A stretch of 63,707 nt of DNA, filler included, from Candidatus Hydrogenedentota bacterium (GCA_040752395.1; 4 parts of 4 records of this genome joined end to end with filler, not necessarily neighbours in it), one strand, 5' to 3'; positions 40,373 through 50,681 are shown, numbered from the whole stretch's first letter. Numbers and translations are program-made. Notes: generated from the sequence alone by a model not told the origin.

Positions 40373-41323
40373 TTATCCAATTTTTTCACTCTCTTCTTTT
40401 TCTTGCGACCTGCTACTGCCCTCAGAGGATTGTTCTGTTTCTGATATCGCACCTGATATCTCAAAGAGAGGTAAATGTTCTTCAGAACCAACCTCAAGCA
40501 AGCCTTCATGTGGGATACCGAATTCATAAGATATCTCATGTGAGATATTGTTTAGAAAGGCTGTTAATTTTTGGGATAGGTCTTTGTATGTTTTTTCTCC
40601 GAGTTCTTCAAAAGACTCTTTGATAATTTTTGATTGTTCTGAAAACCTGGCTACGAGTTCATTCTGTAACCTGATGAACTCTTTATCCAGGGACTCTTTA
40701 TATTTTATCGAATCTGCTGTAAGTGATTCTTTCATTTCCTGGATATTTTTTTGTGAAACAGAGATCGATTTTTCTAATCGCTTATCAGCCTGGAAATAGC
40801 GTGTTTCGAGGTCGGTTATTGAGGTTTGATACCGAGTCTCAAGTGATGATAAAGAATCAGATAACTCTTTTTGAAATATTTTGAAATGATGCTCAAGCTC
40901 CTTTTTAGAGTTTATTATAAACTGTTCGATAATGTTTTTAAAAAGAGACTCGATTTTTGGTAACTCTTCTCTTGCCTGTCTTATAAAATCCTCGATATTT
41001 TTATTCGAACCCTCAATAAGAACATTAATCCTCTGCGAGGATTTCATCACTAAATCGTCAAAACGCGAATGCAGCAGAGTAAATTCATTCTTTGCAAATG
41101 ACCTTAAAGAATCTTTTATTTCTTTAATATCTTCTTCTAATTTAAGCATAACTCTCTGCAAAATTTTGTCAGTAATAATGTCATGAACTTTCTGACGACG
41201 GATGACTATAATATTTTTACAGCTTGGACATTTACCCTTTTTACCATCAGGAATATCCGCTACGTTGAGTTTTGCTTTACATTGCGGACACTCAAAAATT
41301 TCTACATTTTTATCCACCATCAC
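40373..41323 (-). CDS. Zn-ribbon plus long amphipathic coiled-coil protein (same architecture as its neighbour)
   Basis: CPQC..CPSC N-terminus, helical body, acidic tail. Confidence 0.65.
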   Translation of the reverse strand: MMVDKNVEIFECPQCKAKLNVADIPDGKKGKCPSCKNIIVIRRQKVHDIITDKILQRVMLKLEEDIKEIKDSLRSFAKNEFTLLHSRFDDLVMKSSQRINVLIEGSNKNIEDFIRQAREELPKIESLFKNIIEQFIINSKKELEHHFKIFQKELSDSLSSLETRYQTSITDLETRYFQADKRLEKSISVSQKNIQEMKESLTADSIKYKESLDKEFIRLQNELVARFSEQSKIIKESFEELGEKTYKDLSQKLTAFLNNISHEISYEFGIPHEGLLEVGSEEHLPLFEISGAISETEQSSEGSSRSQEKEESEKIG

Positions 41324-42846
41324 TTAATACCTCGCTCGTACCGTATCACTTTGTATAATACCGCATAAAGAATAAAAGCTATGATAAAACCAATAAACCA
41401 GGCATAAGAATACATCTCTATAAAAAATTGTGGCACGTGTTCTTTACTAATAATACCTCCAGCACAAAGAAAACCAGGTATATTCGGAATGATACCAACT
41501 ACAAGTGAAATAATAGCTGCTAAATTAAAGCCTCTATAAAACCTGTATTTACCATCGGGCTTATAGAGCTCAAGTAGATCAAGCCTTGTTCTTTGTATGA
41601 GATAATAATCACAGACCATTATCGCACATATAGGACCAATCAATGCTGAGTAACCTATTAACCAGGTATATATATAAGCATTAGTTGTTTCAATGAGTTT
41701 CCAGGGCATTATCACAATGCCAATAATCCCTGTTATAAATCCGCCAGTCTTAAAACTGATTTTTTTAGGTGCAAGATTAGAAAAGTTATTAGCAGGCGCC
41801 ACAACATTAGCAGCAAGATTTGTAGTTAAAGTAGCGATACTAAGCGAAACAAGAGAAATCATCACAAGAAGAAGTGTGTTAAAATGAGCAAGCAGATCAA
41901 TAGGATCCCAGATGGCTTTGCCATAAATTACTATGGTTGCTGAGGTCACAGCAATCCCGATAAAAGAATAAAAAGCCATAGTAGTGGGTAACCCAAGAAA
42001 TTGACCTATAACTTGAGCCTTTTGAGATTTTGTGTATCTTGTAAAATCTGCTATATTAAGTGATAAAGTAGCCCAGAAACCCACCATCGCAGTTAAACCC
42101 GGAACAAAAACTTTGAAAAATTCTTTTTTAGAAGCAAATTTAGTAGTAGTCACAAACATAGGTCCAAAACCACCTCCTTCGTTATATGCCCAGTATAAAA
42201 GTCCAAGACCAATGATTATAAGAAAAGGTGCTGATAGATTCTCAAATACTTTGATCGAACCTATCCCTTTATATATAATAAGCATATTAATTAACCAGAA
42301 TAAGAGGAAACATCCGAGTTGAGCTAAGTTCAGGCCTATAAATGGGATTTTTGATAACTCAGAGAAAGAAGGACAAAAGGTTTTGCATAATAGCTGATAA
42401 ATTGCATCACCGCCAATCCAGGTCTGGATCCCGAACCAGCCACAAGCAACAAGCGCTCTCATAATATCAGCGATGTTTGCACCCCGAACACCAAACGATG
42501 ACCTAAGAAGAACAGGAAACGGGATACCATATTTTGTTCCGGCATGCGCATTTAAAACCATTGGTATAAGAACAATAAAATTACCAAGTGTTATGGTTAA
42601 AATTGCCTGCCACCAGTTCATCCCCTGGTCAATCAATCCAGCTCCAAGCATATACGTAGGGATACATACAGCCATGCCGATCCACAAACAAGCAAGACTC
42701 CATAAAGACCAGTTTCTGTCTTTAATTTTTACCGGCATATTATCTATATTAGCAAGTGGGCTATCAAGGATATCAGCATTCAGTTCTACTAACCCATCTT
42801 TTTCTACAACAACATTTACAAGTTCATTAAACGGGATCTTTTGCAT
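41320..42846 (-). CDS. NCS1 nucleobase:cation symporter
   Basis: WIGMAVCIP, GTKYGIPFPV, GWFGIQ, WATLSLNIADFTR, NLAANVVAP. Confidence 0.93.
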   Translation of the reverse strand: MQKIPFNELVNVVVEKDGLVELNADILDSPLANIDNMPVKIKDRNWSLWSLACLWIGMAVCIPTYMLGAGLIDQGMNWWQAILTITLGNFIVLIPMVLNAHAGTKYGIPFPVLLRSSFGVRGANIADIMRALVACGWFGIQTWIGGDAIYQLLCKTFCPSFSELSKIPFIGLNLAQLGCFLLFWLINMLIIYKGIGSIKVFENLSAPFLIIIGLGLLYWAYNEGGGFGPMFVTTTKFASKKEFFKVFVPGLTAMVGFWATLSLNIADFTRYTKSQKAQVIGQFLGLPTTMAFYSFIGIAVTSATIVIYGKAIWDPIDLLAHFNTLLLVMISLVSLSIATLTTNLAANVVAPANNFSNLAPKKISFKTGGFITGIIGIVIMPWKLIETTNAYIYTWLIGYSALIGPICAIMVCDYYLIQRTRLDLLELYKPDGKYRFYRGFNLAAIISLVVGIIPNIPGFLCAGGIISKEHVPQFFIEMYSYAWFIGFIIAFILYAVLYKVIRYERGIK

Positions 42847-42852
42847 AGTTAT

Positions 42853-42998
42853 CTCCTCTGAAAAACGCTGTAACTCTAATAATTCGGGGTACAGGCTACA
42901 GGCTACGGACTACAGCCGGCTGGAGCCAAAAGCCCGGAGTTTGTGCCTCTGTGCCTCTGTGCCTTTCCTTTGAATCTTTCAATCTTCCAATTTTTCAA
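42853..42998 (-). repeat. Mosaic heptamer repeat copy whose terminus forms the NCS1 RBS
   Basis: T and B modules nearly identical to 23633-23715, then TGTGCCT and CAATCTT runs. Confidence 0.92.
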
Positions 42999-43003
42999 TA
43001 CAA

Positions 43004-45082
43004 CTATCTTCTAACTTCTTTTTCTATTTTATGCAATGGTAAATATATAAAAAAGGATGAACCTTTATTTAACTCACTCTCGACCTCAATTCTTCCTTTA
43101 TGTTCTTTGATAATAGTCTGGGATATTGATAATCCGAGGCCTGTACCGCTCCAGATGGGTTTAGTAGTAAAGAAGGGATCAAATATTTTAGAGATATTTT
43201 CTTTTGAGATACCCACACCTGTATCTTTGAAAGAGATGACCACTTCGCTACTGCTCTCTTTATGATTGATCTTTATAGATATAACAAAGGTGCCGCCATC
43301 AGGCATCGCATTGATAGCATTAACCGATATGTTCGTAAACACCTGTTGCAGCTGGTTTTCATCGCCTAAAACAAATATATTCTCTGCTGGATATTCTTTA
43401 ATAAATGATATATCTGAAGATTCAAAACTCTTTTCAAGAAGCATTAAACTGTTATCAAGTGTTTCTATCAGATTGACAGGATAGAAAGAGAACCCTTTGT
43501 TACTTGCATACCTTAAAAGATTATCGATGATATTTTTACTGTGTTCAGCTGCTTTATGGATAGACGCAAAATATTTTTTAAGCACAGAATCATTTATCTC
43601 ATCGGACTTTTTAATACCCATTTTAGCGAACCCGAGTACAGAACATAACGGATTATTAATCTCATGAGCTATACCGCCAGCCATAGTACCGAGTGTAACC
43701 ATTTTATCTGCCTGATACAGCCGTGCCTGCAGATGTTTTATCTCTGTTACATCAGTAATGACACATACGAACGAGGTTTCGTTATCGTATGATATAACAG
43801 GTGCAATGCTTAATATGACTGATAGTGTTCGGTTTGAAAGATTAAAACTGCAATCATGTATTAAAGGGGTTGAATTATAGTCAGAAAAAGCGATGTATTT
43901 CTCCAGTACTTTTTTATCATCAACCCCGAGATAATCAAATACACTTTCTGTTTTTATTTTTTCTTCGGGTAGACCGAGTGTTTCGACCATACGTTTATTG
44001 ACAAAAGTAAATCTGGAGTCTTTACTTATGGTGAAGACCATATCCTGGGTGCTTGAAAGGATATTTGTAAGGAACTCTTCACGGCGCTTTATTTCCCGCT
44101 GCAGACGTTCCCGCTCCTCAGCAGTCCTTATCTTTTCTAAAGCCTCTGCTTCTTTTTTGTGCGAACTCATAACAAATAGACTTAACAACGAATATAAAAG
44201 AAGTATCAAAAGAGTGATCACGAGAATGAATCTTGTCATTTTCTGGAGCCAGGGCTGAAGATTCGATAAAGCGACGTCCCTGGGTGTTATTATCACGAGA
44301 TGCCACTGATTTAACAAGACCATAACAGGGGTATGCGCAATCACATATTTAGTTTCAGAAAGATTATCTGTAAACTTATTTTTATGCTCTGAAATATAAC
44401 GTAACCAGGTTTCCTTATTGAAATTATATTTTTCAAAAAGATTTGTGCCGATAGATAACTCATCGTTTGAAATCAAAATCCTGAAGTTTTTATCAAGAAG
44501 ATATATTTTTGATGAATCTGTCGGGATGCTTTTTGAGATGAATAATTTTTCGATCCTCGAGAGACTGATAGTCGTACTGAAATAGCCGTATATCTTATCA
44601 GGAAAATTAAGCCGTTTTAATGGCGTGTTTATCACGATTGATGGTAAACCATCAAGCACAAGAAAATAATCAGTCACAGTTGTCTTTTGGGAAAAAGTTT
44701 TTTCCAGCTCATCAATAAAGAAACCAGGACTCGTAATAAGATCAGGGAAAAAAATAGGTGATGGGTCGCCTTTATAAGTGATTATGATATTAATAATATT
44801 TAAAAGTTCACGCGAGTATATCCTGTTTAAAAAAGGATATATTTTCTTCATATTTCTGGTTTCTATCTCAGGTGACTCTGCATAATATTCAAGGTTTTTG
44901 CAGATATGTTCTATGAAACTGCTTATCCCCTCACTCGACTGTCTCGCAAGAATAAGCTGCTGATCATTGAATTTTTCTAAAGTAACTGATTTGATGTACT
45001 CTGAAACCTGGAGCGAAACAAACCCAAGTGATATAAGGAGAAGAACCGATATAATAAATACCAGAAATACTTTTTTTAACAT
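43004..45082 (-). CDS. Sensor histidine kinase (Cache-PAS-HisKA-HATPase)
   Basis: Two TMs, AHEINNPL, FDPFFTTK, GTGLGL. Confidence 0.92.
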   Translation of the reverse strand: MLKKVFLVFIISVLLLISLGFVSLQVSEYIKSVTLEKFNDQQLILARQSSEGISSFIEHICKNLEYYAESPEIETRNMKKIYPFLNRIYSRELLNIINIIITYKGDPSPIFFPDLITSPGFFIDELEKTFSQKTTVTDYFLVLDGLPSIVINTPLKRLNFPDKIYGYFSTTISLSRIEKLFISKSIPTDSSKIYLLDKNFRILISNDELSIGTNLFEKYNFNKETWLRYISEHKNKFTDNLSETKYVIAHTPVMVLLNQWHLVIITPRDVALSNLQPWLQKMTRFILVITLLILLLYSLLSLFVMSSHKKEAEALEKIRTAEERERLQREIKRREEFLTNILSSTQDMVFTISKDSRFTFVNKRMVETLGLPEEKIKTESVFDYLGVDDKKVLEKYIAFSDYNSTPLIHDCSFNLSNRTLSVILSIAPVISYDNETSFVCVITDVTEIKHLQARLYQADKMVTLGTMAGGIAHEINNPLCSVLGFAKMGIKKSDEINDSVLKKYFASIHKAAEHSKNIIDNLLRYASNKGFSFYPVNLIETLDNSLMLLEKSFESSDISFIKEYPAENIFVLGDENQLQQVFTNISVNAINAMPDGGTFVISIKINHKESSSEVVISFKDTGVGISKENISKIFDPFFTTKPIWSGTGLGLSISQTIIKEHKGRIEVESELNKGSSFFIYLPLHKIEKEVRR

Positions 45083-45107
45083 AATTTAAGACACAACGGC
45101 ACAAAGG

Positions 45108-46520
45108 CTAAGGCGCTAATCTGTCAGCATTATCATCGTCTTTACCATCGTCTTTAAATAAAGTATAAAGACCGAATTTTTTTAGCTTCTCTCTTAATGT
45201 TTTACGAGTTATACCAAGAATCTCAGCTGCCTTAATTATTTTACCATCTGTCTCTTCAAGAGTTGCTTTTATAAGTCTTTTCTCCATCTCCTCTATAGAA
45301 TCACCAACACTTAAAAGAACGCTCCTTGCTTTTGGCGAGAACGTGAATAAATCCATAGCCTCCTGTATGTGTTTAAGAGTTATATATTTATCCTCAGCTT
45401 GACTCATAACTACTACGCGCTCTATAAAATTTTCGAGCTCCCTGACGTTACCAGGCCAATTATAATCCATAAGTATTTTTAAAGCTCGCTCTTCAACGTT
45501 TTCAATCGCTCTTCCAAATCGTTTGTTCATTATCTCGATAAAATGGGTTATAAGAAGAGGGATGTCTTCTTTATGTTCTCTAAGTGGAGGAATAAATACA
45601 GGTAAAACATTTAAACGATAAAACAGGTCTTTTCTAAACAGATTTTTTTCCATCGCTTCCTCAAGATTTACATTTGTTGCTGTTATGATCCTGGCATTTA
45701 ATTTGATTGGTTCAGTGCCACCGATCCGGGAAAACTCTTTTTCCTGGATAACTCTTAATAGTTTTGACTGCAGATTATAGGGCATTGTTCCGATTTCATC
45801 CAGAAAGACAGTGCCATCCTCTGCTAATTCAAATTTTCCAGGTTTAGACGATATAGCACCTGTGAATGAACCCTTCTCAAAACCAAATAATTCAGACTCA
45901 AGTAGTGTCTCGGGAATGGCACTTGTATTAACCGCAATGAATGGCTTGTTATATCTATTACTATTAAAATGTATAACCCGCGCTATAAGTTCTTTCCCTG
46001 TACCACTCTCACCACGTAATAAAACAATAGTATCCGTGTTGATGATTTTCTGAAGCAGAGAGAGTACCGGTTCCATAATTTTTGAACACGTGACTATTTT
46101 ATTAAAAGAATATTTTTCTTTTAATTCTTCTTCAAGCAATAACACCTTTTTACTTGCTTCAAGTGAATCAATAGCTCTGTCAATGGTTATTTTAATCTCA
46201 TCTATGTCAAAAGGTTTTACAATATAGTCATATGCTCCGAGTTTCATACATTTAACAGCACTCTTTGCATCCTGATTGGCTGTTATCATTATGACCTTGC
46301 ATTCCGAGTCAAGTTTCTTTATCACAGAAAGCGCAGTAAAACCATCCATCTCAGGCATACGTATATCAAGTAATACAATATCAGGTTTAAAACTCTGCAG
46401 TTTTTTTATACCCTCGTTACCGGAAAGCGCAACTTTTACTTTATAGTAAGAAGAAAGAAATTCATCTAACATATCAGTTACAAACGGGTCATCGTCAATT
46501 ACAAGAATTTTGTGTGACAT
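45108..46520 (-). CDS. Sigma-54-dependent response regulator (NtrC/AtoC family)
   Basis: Receiver domain, GESGTGKE, GSFTGA, WPGNVREL, Fis HTH. Confidence 0.94.
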   Translation of the reverse strand: MSHKILVIDDDPFVTDMLDEFLSSYYKVKVALSGNEGIKKLQSFKPDIVLLDIRMPEMDGFTALSVIKKLDSECKVIMITANQDAKSAVKCMKLGAYDYIVKPFDIDEIKITIDRAIDSLEASKKVLLLEEELKEKYSFNKIVTCSKIMEPVLSLLQKIINTDTIVLLRGESGTGKELIARVIHFNSNRYNKPFIAVNTSAIPETLLESELFGFEKGSFTGAISSKPGKFELAEDGTVFLDEIGTMPYNLQSKLLRVIQEKEFSRIGGTEPIKLNARIITATNVNLEEAMEKNLFRKDLFYRLNVLPVFIPPLREHKEDIPLLITHFIEIMNKRFGRAIENVEERALKILMDYNWPGNVRELENFIERVVVMSQAEDKYITLKHIQEAMDLFTFSPKARSVLLSVGDSIEEMEKRLIKATLEETDGKIIKAAEILGITRKTLREKLKKFGLYTLFKDDGKDDDNADRLAP

Positions 46521-46532
46521 AGATTTAATAGT

Positions 46533-46750
46533 CTCCTCTGAAAAACTTTGTAACTATAATAATATCAAGTAGAAGCAAGAAGCAAGATAACGGAAGAAGT
46601 GAGAGGTATCAGGACAGGCTACAGGCTACGGACTACAGCCAGCTGGAGCCAAAAGCCCGGAGCCTGAAGCCAACATATCATCTTTAGTTTTTCATATATT
46701 GTGTAGAGCGCAACCCGCGCTCATGAGTACTCCTTCGAAAAACTTCGACT
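46533..46750 (-). repeat. Mosaic heptamer repeat copy (T-A-B-D-partial T) spanning the whole intergenic region
   Basis: Runs from the PBP1A stop codon to the RBS of the regulator. Confidence 0.92.
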
Positions 46751-49011
46751 TATCGTTCTTCACCAAAAGGCTGTCTATCACGGATTTTGCCTATATTGGT
46801 AAATGGTTTTTTCTCGATTTTTTCTATATCAGGATTCCGGGTCGGTTTGACATTATCAAGTGGATAAAAGAGGCTCTCAATTGTTTCTTCTGGGAACTCT
46901 AATGTAGTAGCAGTAACCCCTTCTTTGTGTAGCTCACAAACCTCATCAGGTTCTGTGCCACAAATAAAAGCCTCCTCAATTATTGAAGGACATTTGTCAG
47001 TAGCTAATTTTCCTGTTTCATAACAAACTGGTATAAGTAGTATATTATCTGGTTTAGGAAACGGTTCCATTGGCAAATCTTTTAATAATACGAGATTAAA
47101 ATCACGCCATATCGGAGCGGCGACTCTGCCACCTGACATTTTAGGGCCCAGTGATGTACTACCCTGATCAAAACCAACCCATACCGCTGTTGTGTATTGC
47201 GGACTAAAACCAATAAACCAGGCATCAACGAAATTATTAGTAGTCCCTGTTTTACCTCCAAGTGGTCTTCCTTTAAAATAACTGCCTATACTATAAGCAG
47301 CGGTACCACGACGAACAACACCCTCGAGTATATGAGTGAGTAGATAAGCCACGTCTTTTCCTATAACCTCTCTTTCAAGAGGAACGTATGTTTTGATGAT
47401 AGTGTTATCCCGGTCTCTGATATTTTTTATAAAGATAGACTCAACATATACACCACCGTTAGCGATTGTACCAAATGCTTCAGCCATCTCAAGTGGTGTC
47501 ACACCGTATGGTCCAAGAGGCAGTGACCAGACAGGCTCAAGATGACTTTTTATCCCGAGTTTTTTTGCATAATCAATTATGAGATTACCTGAATATGTCT
47601 GTTTCTCGTAATGAGATAATTCAGTCGGAGCCAATTCTTCCATAAGACGTATAGAAGCAACGTTTATAGAATGTTCAAGTCCATAACGTAAAGTCAACCA
47701 GCCCTGATATTTACCGTCATAATTATCAGGTATCCAGGGTTCTGCACCCGCGTACGGGAAAAAATATGCGGGCTGATCAAGAAGCAATGACGAAGCCGTA
47801 AACTTGCCGCTGTCAAGTGCTGCAAGGTAAAGAAAAGGTTTAAAGGCACTGCCTGGCTGCCGATGGATTTGATAAACCCTGTTAAGCTGATTCTTAACAT
47901 TGAATCCGCTACCACCGCAGGCTACTATGATTTCACCTGTGTTTTGTTTTATTGTAACAATCGCACCCTCTATTCGGGCTTCAGGTGAGTCAGGATAATT
48001 TTTATGCCAGGCTTCATTAAGGTTCTGTAAATGAACCTTTAATATTTTTTCAGCCTCTTTTTGAAGATTTATATCAAAAGTAGTCTCGATTATTAAACCA
48101 CCACGATAGATTGCATAATCTTCAAACTCTTCTGCCTCAAGCTTCTGTCTTGTCATCTCTGCAAGATAACCAGAAGCTGCATAGGGTCTGTTTCTTTGAG
48201 AGACTAATTGCTGGGTGTCAGTTTTAAAAGTCTCCCAGAACTCTTTGAGAGATTTAGCTGCTCTATCTTCATCAATCTGGTCTAATTCAACCATCTGTTT
48301 TAATACATACATCTGTCTTTCACGAGCACGATCAGAATGATTTATAATAGAATATCTATTCGGTGCTTTTGGTAAACCGGCAAGATATGCGCATTCCGCA
48401 AGTGTGAGTTCGTTTAAGGCTTTATTAAAATAAAATCTGCTTGCTTCTTTTATCCCATAACAATTATGACCAAAATATATTTTGTTAAGATATCTTTCGA
48501 GAATCTCTTCTTTTGTATATTTCTGTTCGATTTTTATAGAAAGTAATGCATCCTGGATTTTTCGTTTTAGTTTTTTTTCTTTGGTTAGAAACAGGACCTT
48601 GGCAAGCTGCTGAGTTATAGTCGAGCCGCCCTGTATAGCCTCGCCAGCTTTTATATTGACGAAAATAGCCCGTATAATACCAACAAAATCTATACCACGG
48701 TGCTTAAAAAATCTGTTGTCCTCAGATGCAACAAAAGCATAAACTAAATCTTTTGGTAACTCTTTGTACGAAACAAGCTCACGTTTCTCTGTCGCATATT
48801 CTGCTATGAGATTATTATTTCTATCATACACCTTCGATGGCAGACTCCACTTATCAGGGTCACCAGTATAGTCTTCTAAAGGTTCAAGCGACGGCAGACT
48901 TTTAGAGATGTTTATGAGTATCCCGATACTCGCTCCTATCCCTATAACTAAAGTTACTGAAAAAATGATAAATAAAGAATAAAATATGGTTATTTTGAAA
49001 TTTTTAGACAT
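46750..49011 (-). CDS. Class A penicillin-binding protein 1A
   Basis: EDNRF..H.G, GGSTITQQL, RQPGSAFKP, SIN, KTGT. Confidence 0.94.
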   Translation of the reverse strand: MSKNFKITIFYSLFIIFSVTLVIGIGASIGILINISKSLPSLEPLEDYTGDPDKWSLPSKVYDRNNNLIAEYATEKRELVSYKELPKDLVYAFVASEDNRFFKHRGIDFVGIIRAIFVNIKAGEAIQGGSTITQQLAKVLFLTKEKKLKRKIQDALLSIKIEQKYTKEEILERYLNKIYFGHNCYGIKEASRFYFNKALNELTLAECAYLAGLPKAPNRYSIINHSDRARERQMYVLKQMVELDQIDEDRAAKSLKEFWETFKTDTQQLVSQRNRPYAASGYLAEMTRQKLEAEEFEDYAIYRGGLIIETTFDINLQKEAEKILKVHLQNLNEAWHKNYPDSPEARIEGAIVTIKQNTGEIIVACGGSGFNVKNQLNRVYQIHRQPGSAFKPFLYLAALDSGKFTASSLLLDQPAYFFPYAGAEPWIPDNYDGKYQGWLTLRYGLEHSINVASIRLMEELAPTELSHYEKQTYSGNLIIDYAKKLGIKSHLEPVWSLPLGPYGVTPLEMAEAFGTIANGGVYVESIFIKNIRDRDNTIIKTYVPLEREVIGKDVAYLLTHILEGVVRRGTAAYSIGSYFKGRPLGGKTGTTNNFVDAWFIGFSPQYTTAVWVGFDQGSTSLGPKMSGGRVAAPIWRDFNLVLLKDLPMEPFPKPDNILLIPVCYETGKLATDKCPSIIEEAFICGTEPDEVCELHKEGVTATTLEFPEETIESLFYPLDNVKPTRNPDIEKIEKKPFTNIGKIRDRQPFGEER

Positions 49012-49120
49012 AAAAACATTAGATAATGTATTCCCTCAGAATATGCCTTTCCGTTATCTTGCTTCTAAATAATAAGTATTTTACTTGACAAATTTAGTCA
49101 ATAGCAATTATCATAATAAG

Positions 49121-49431
49121 ATGAAATTAAATTTTAAAGACATATTAAAAGAAACAGATAAGAGGGAGGAAGATACTTACTTCGAATTCATTACCTGTAT
49201 ACCATCTGCCGACTTTGATAATATTGAAGAAAAAAGTGATTTTAGATATGAGTCTGATATTAGTTTGACTATAATCTCACGAAGATTGACAGATGAAGAG
49301 ATGGAAATCAAAGTGAAACTCAGTGTGATTTATTCGATGGAATGTTCACGATGTTTTGAAAGAACGAATAAAGAAAGTATCTTAAATGAGGTGATGTTTT
49401 ATATAGGGAATAAGATAGAACTCGAGAAAAA
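49121..49431 (+). CDS. YceD/DUF177-like protein, cut by a gap
   Basis: ECSRCF motif; ATG 49121 follows a TTGACA..TATCAT promoter-like sequence. Confidence 0.55.
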
Positions 49432-49731
49432 NNNNNNNNNNNNNNNNNNNNNNNNNNNNNNNNNNNNNNNNNNNNTTAATTAATTAANNNNNNNNNNNNN
49501 NNNNNNNNNNNNNNNNNNNNNNNNNNNNNNNTTATACACTATAATATGCTTCTTGGCAATATTTTAACTGAGATAATGGCAAGAGAACAAGAGCAGTATC
49601 TTAACACGCAAAACGAACACTTTCACTAGTTGTATAAACAAGATCGTCCTCCAGCGGTTGCCTAACTTTCCACATTTTGTAAGAAGACTGCAAATAGTAA
49701 TAAAACGTTTTTAATAAGTTGAATAACTTCT

Positions 49732-50455
49732 TCATTTTTTCACCTCATAAATGATCAAATATTGATAGGTTATTTTTAAATAATCTCTTGAATTCTGGTT
49801 AGTAGAATTGGGTCCATCTTGGGTAACAACCACAATTTCCTTAAGCCATAAATTATCAAGTGTCAACATATCTAACAATCTTTTAGCAAGAGGTTCTACA
49901 TATCCATCTATTCTTACATCTTGAGCTTGGATTGCCAAAAACCCATCTTTGCTTTTCATCTATTAAAGTTAATTGTTGTGATTCTAACCTAAAGTTTAGA
50001 TTCCCCTTTGCCATCTCAATGGCTTTATCGTTGATGTCAAAAGCTGCACACCTTCTTCCCAAAAGTTTACATTCTACAGCAGTTGTTCCAGCACCACAGA
50101 AATAATCTAAAACTAACTCGCCGGGTTCAGAATATTTGAGAATCACATTTCTGGGAATATATGGAGACCAATTGCCTCTGTACTCTCCACTATGAGTTGC
50201 CCAATTACCCCTTCGCTTAAAGCTCCAGACTGTAGTTTGTTCCTCTTTAAAATCGTTTGGGGCAAGCTTCGTTACTTTTTTTGAAACTTTGAAAGCACTA
50301 ATGTTGACTCCCTGCGACCTTGTAATAAGCCTCTCAATATATCTATATGTAACTTCATATCTCTGACCAATTTCTATGTCAGGAGCTCCTCTTGCCTTTT
50401 CTTGTAAGATTGCTTCTTGGAGTTCTTTTTCAGTTTTTATCTTTTGATTAGCCAT
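49732..50455 (-). pseudogene. DNA methyltransferase (N4/N6) remnant; first integron cassette
   Basis: TTVWSF..RG.WATH, DYFCGAGTT; frame switch near 49950 with the catalytic PPY region missing. Confidence 0.75.
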
Positions 50456-50486
50456 GGTATCCTCTTTTTATTAAGCCCGACTTTTC

Positions 50487-50662
50487 GTCTAACATGTATT
50501 AGACTGCCGAATGAAACTTGCAAACACTGCAAGTTTTACAGTCTAAATCAACCATATTTTTAAACCAATTAACTCCATAAATCTATATATCGCAGTTTGT
50601 TGTATCAAAATAATAGCATCATTTCGTCTGGGTTTAGACTGCGATTTTTGCAGTCTAAACCG
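50487..50662 (-). other. attI-like region downstream of intI
   Basis: Minus-strand GTCTAAT-ACAT-GTTAGAC simple site 32 nt before the cassette ATG; extra TTAGACTG/CAGTCTAA copies near 50540 and 50634-50660. Confidence 0.65.
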
Positions 50663-50681
50663 CTTTTAGTAACCTACATCT

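Noticed and set aside
13758-46750. Mosaic repeats as a CRISPR array
   Set aside because: Dispersed rather than regularly spaced, the inter-repeat DNA is itself repeated, and no cas genes are visible
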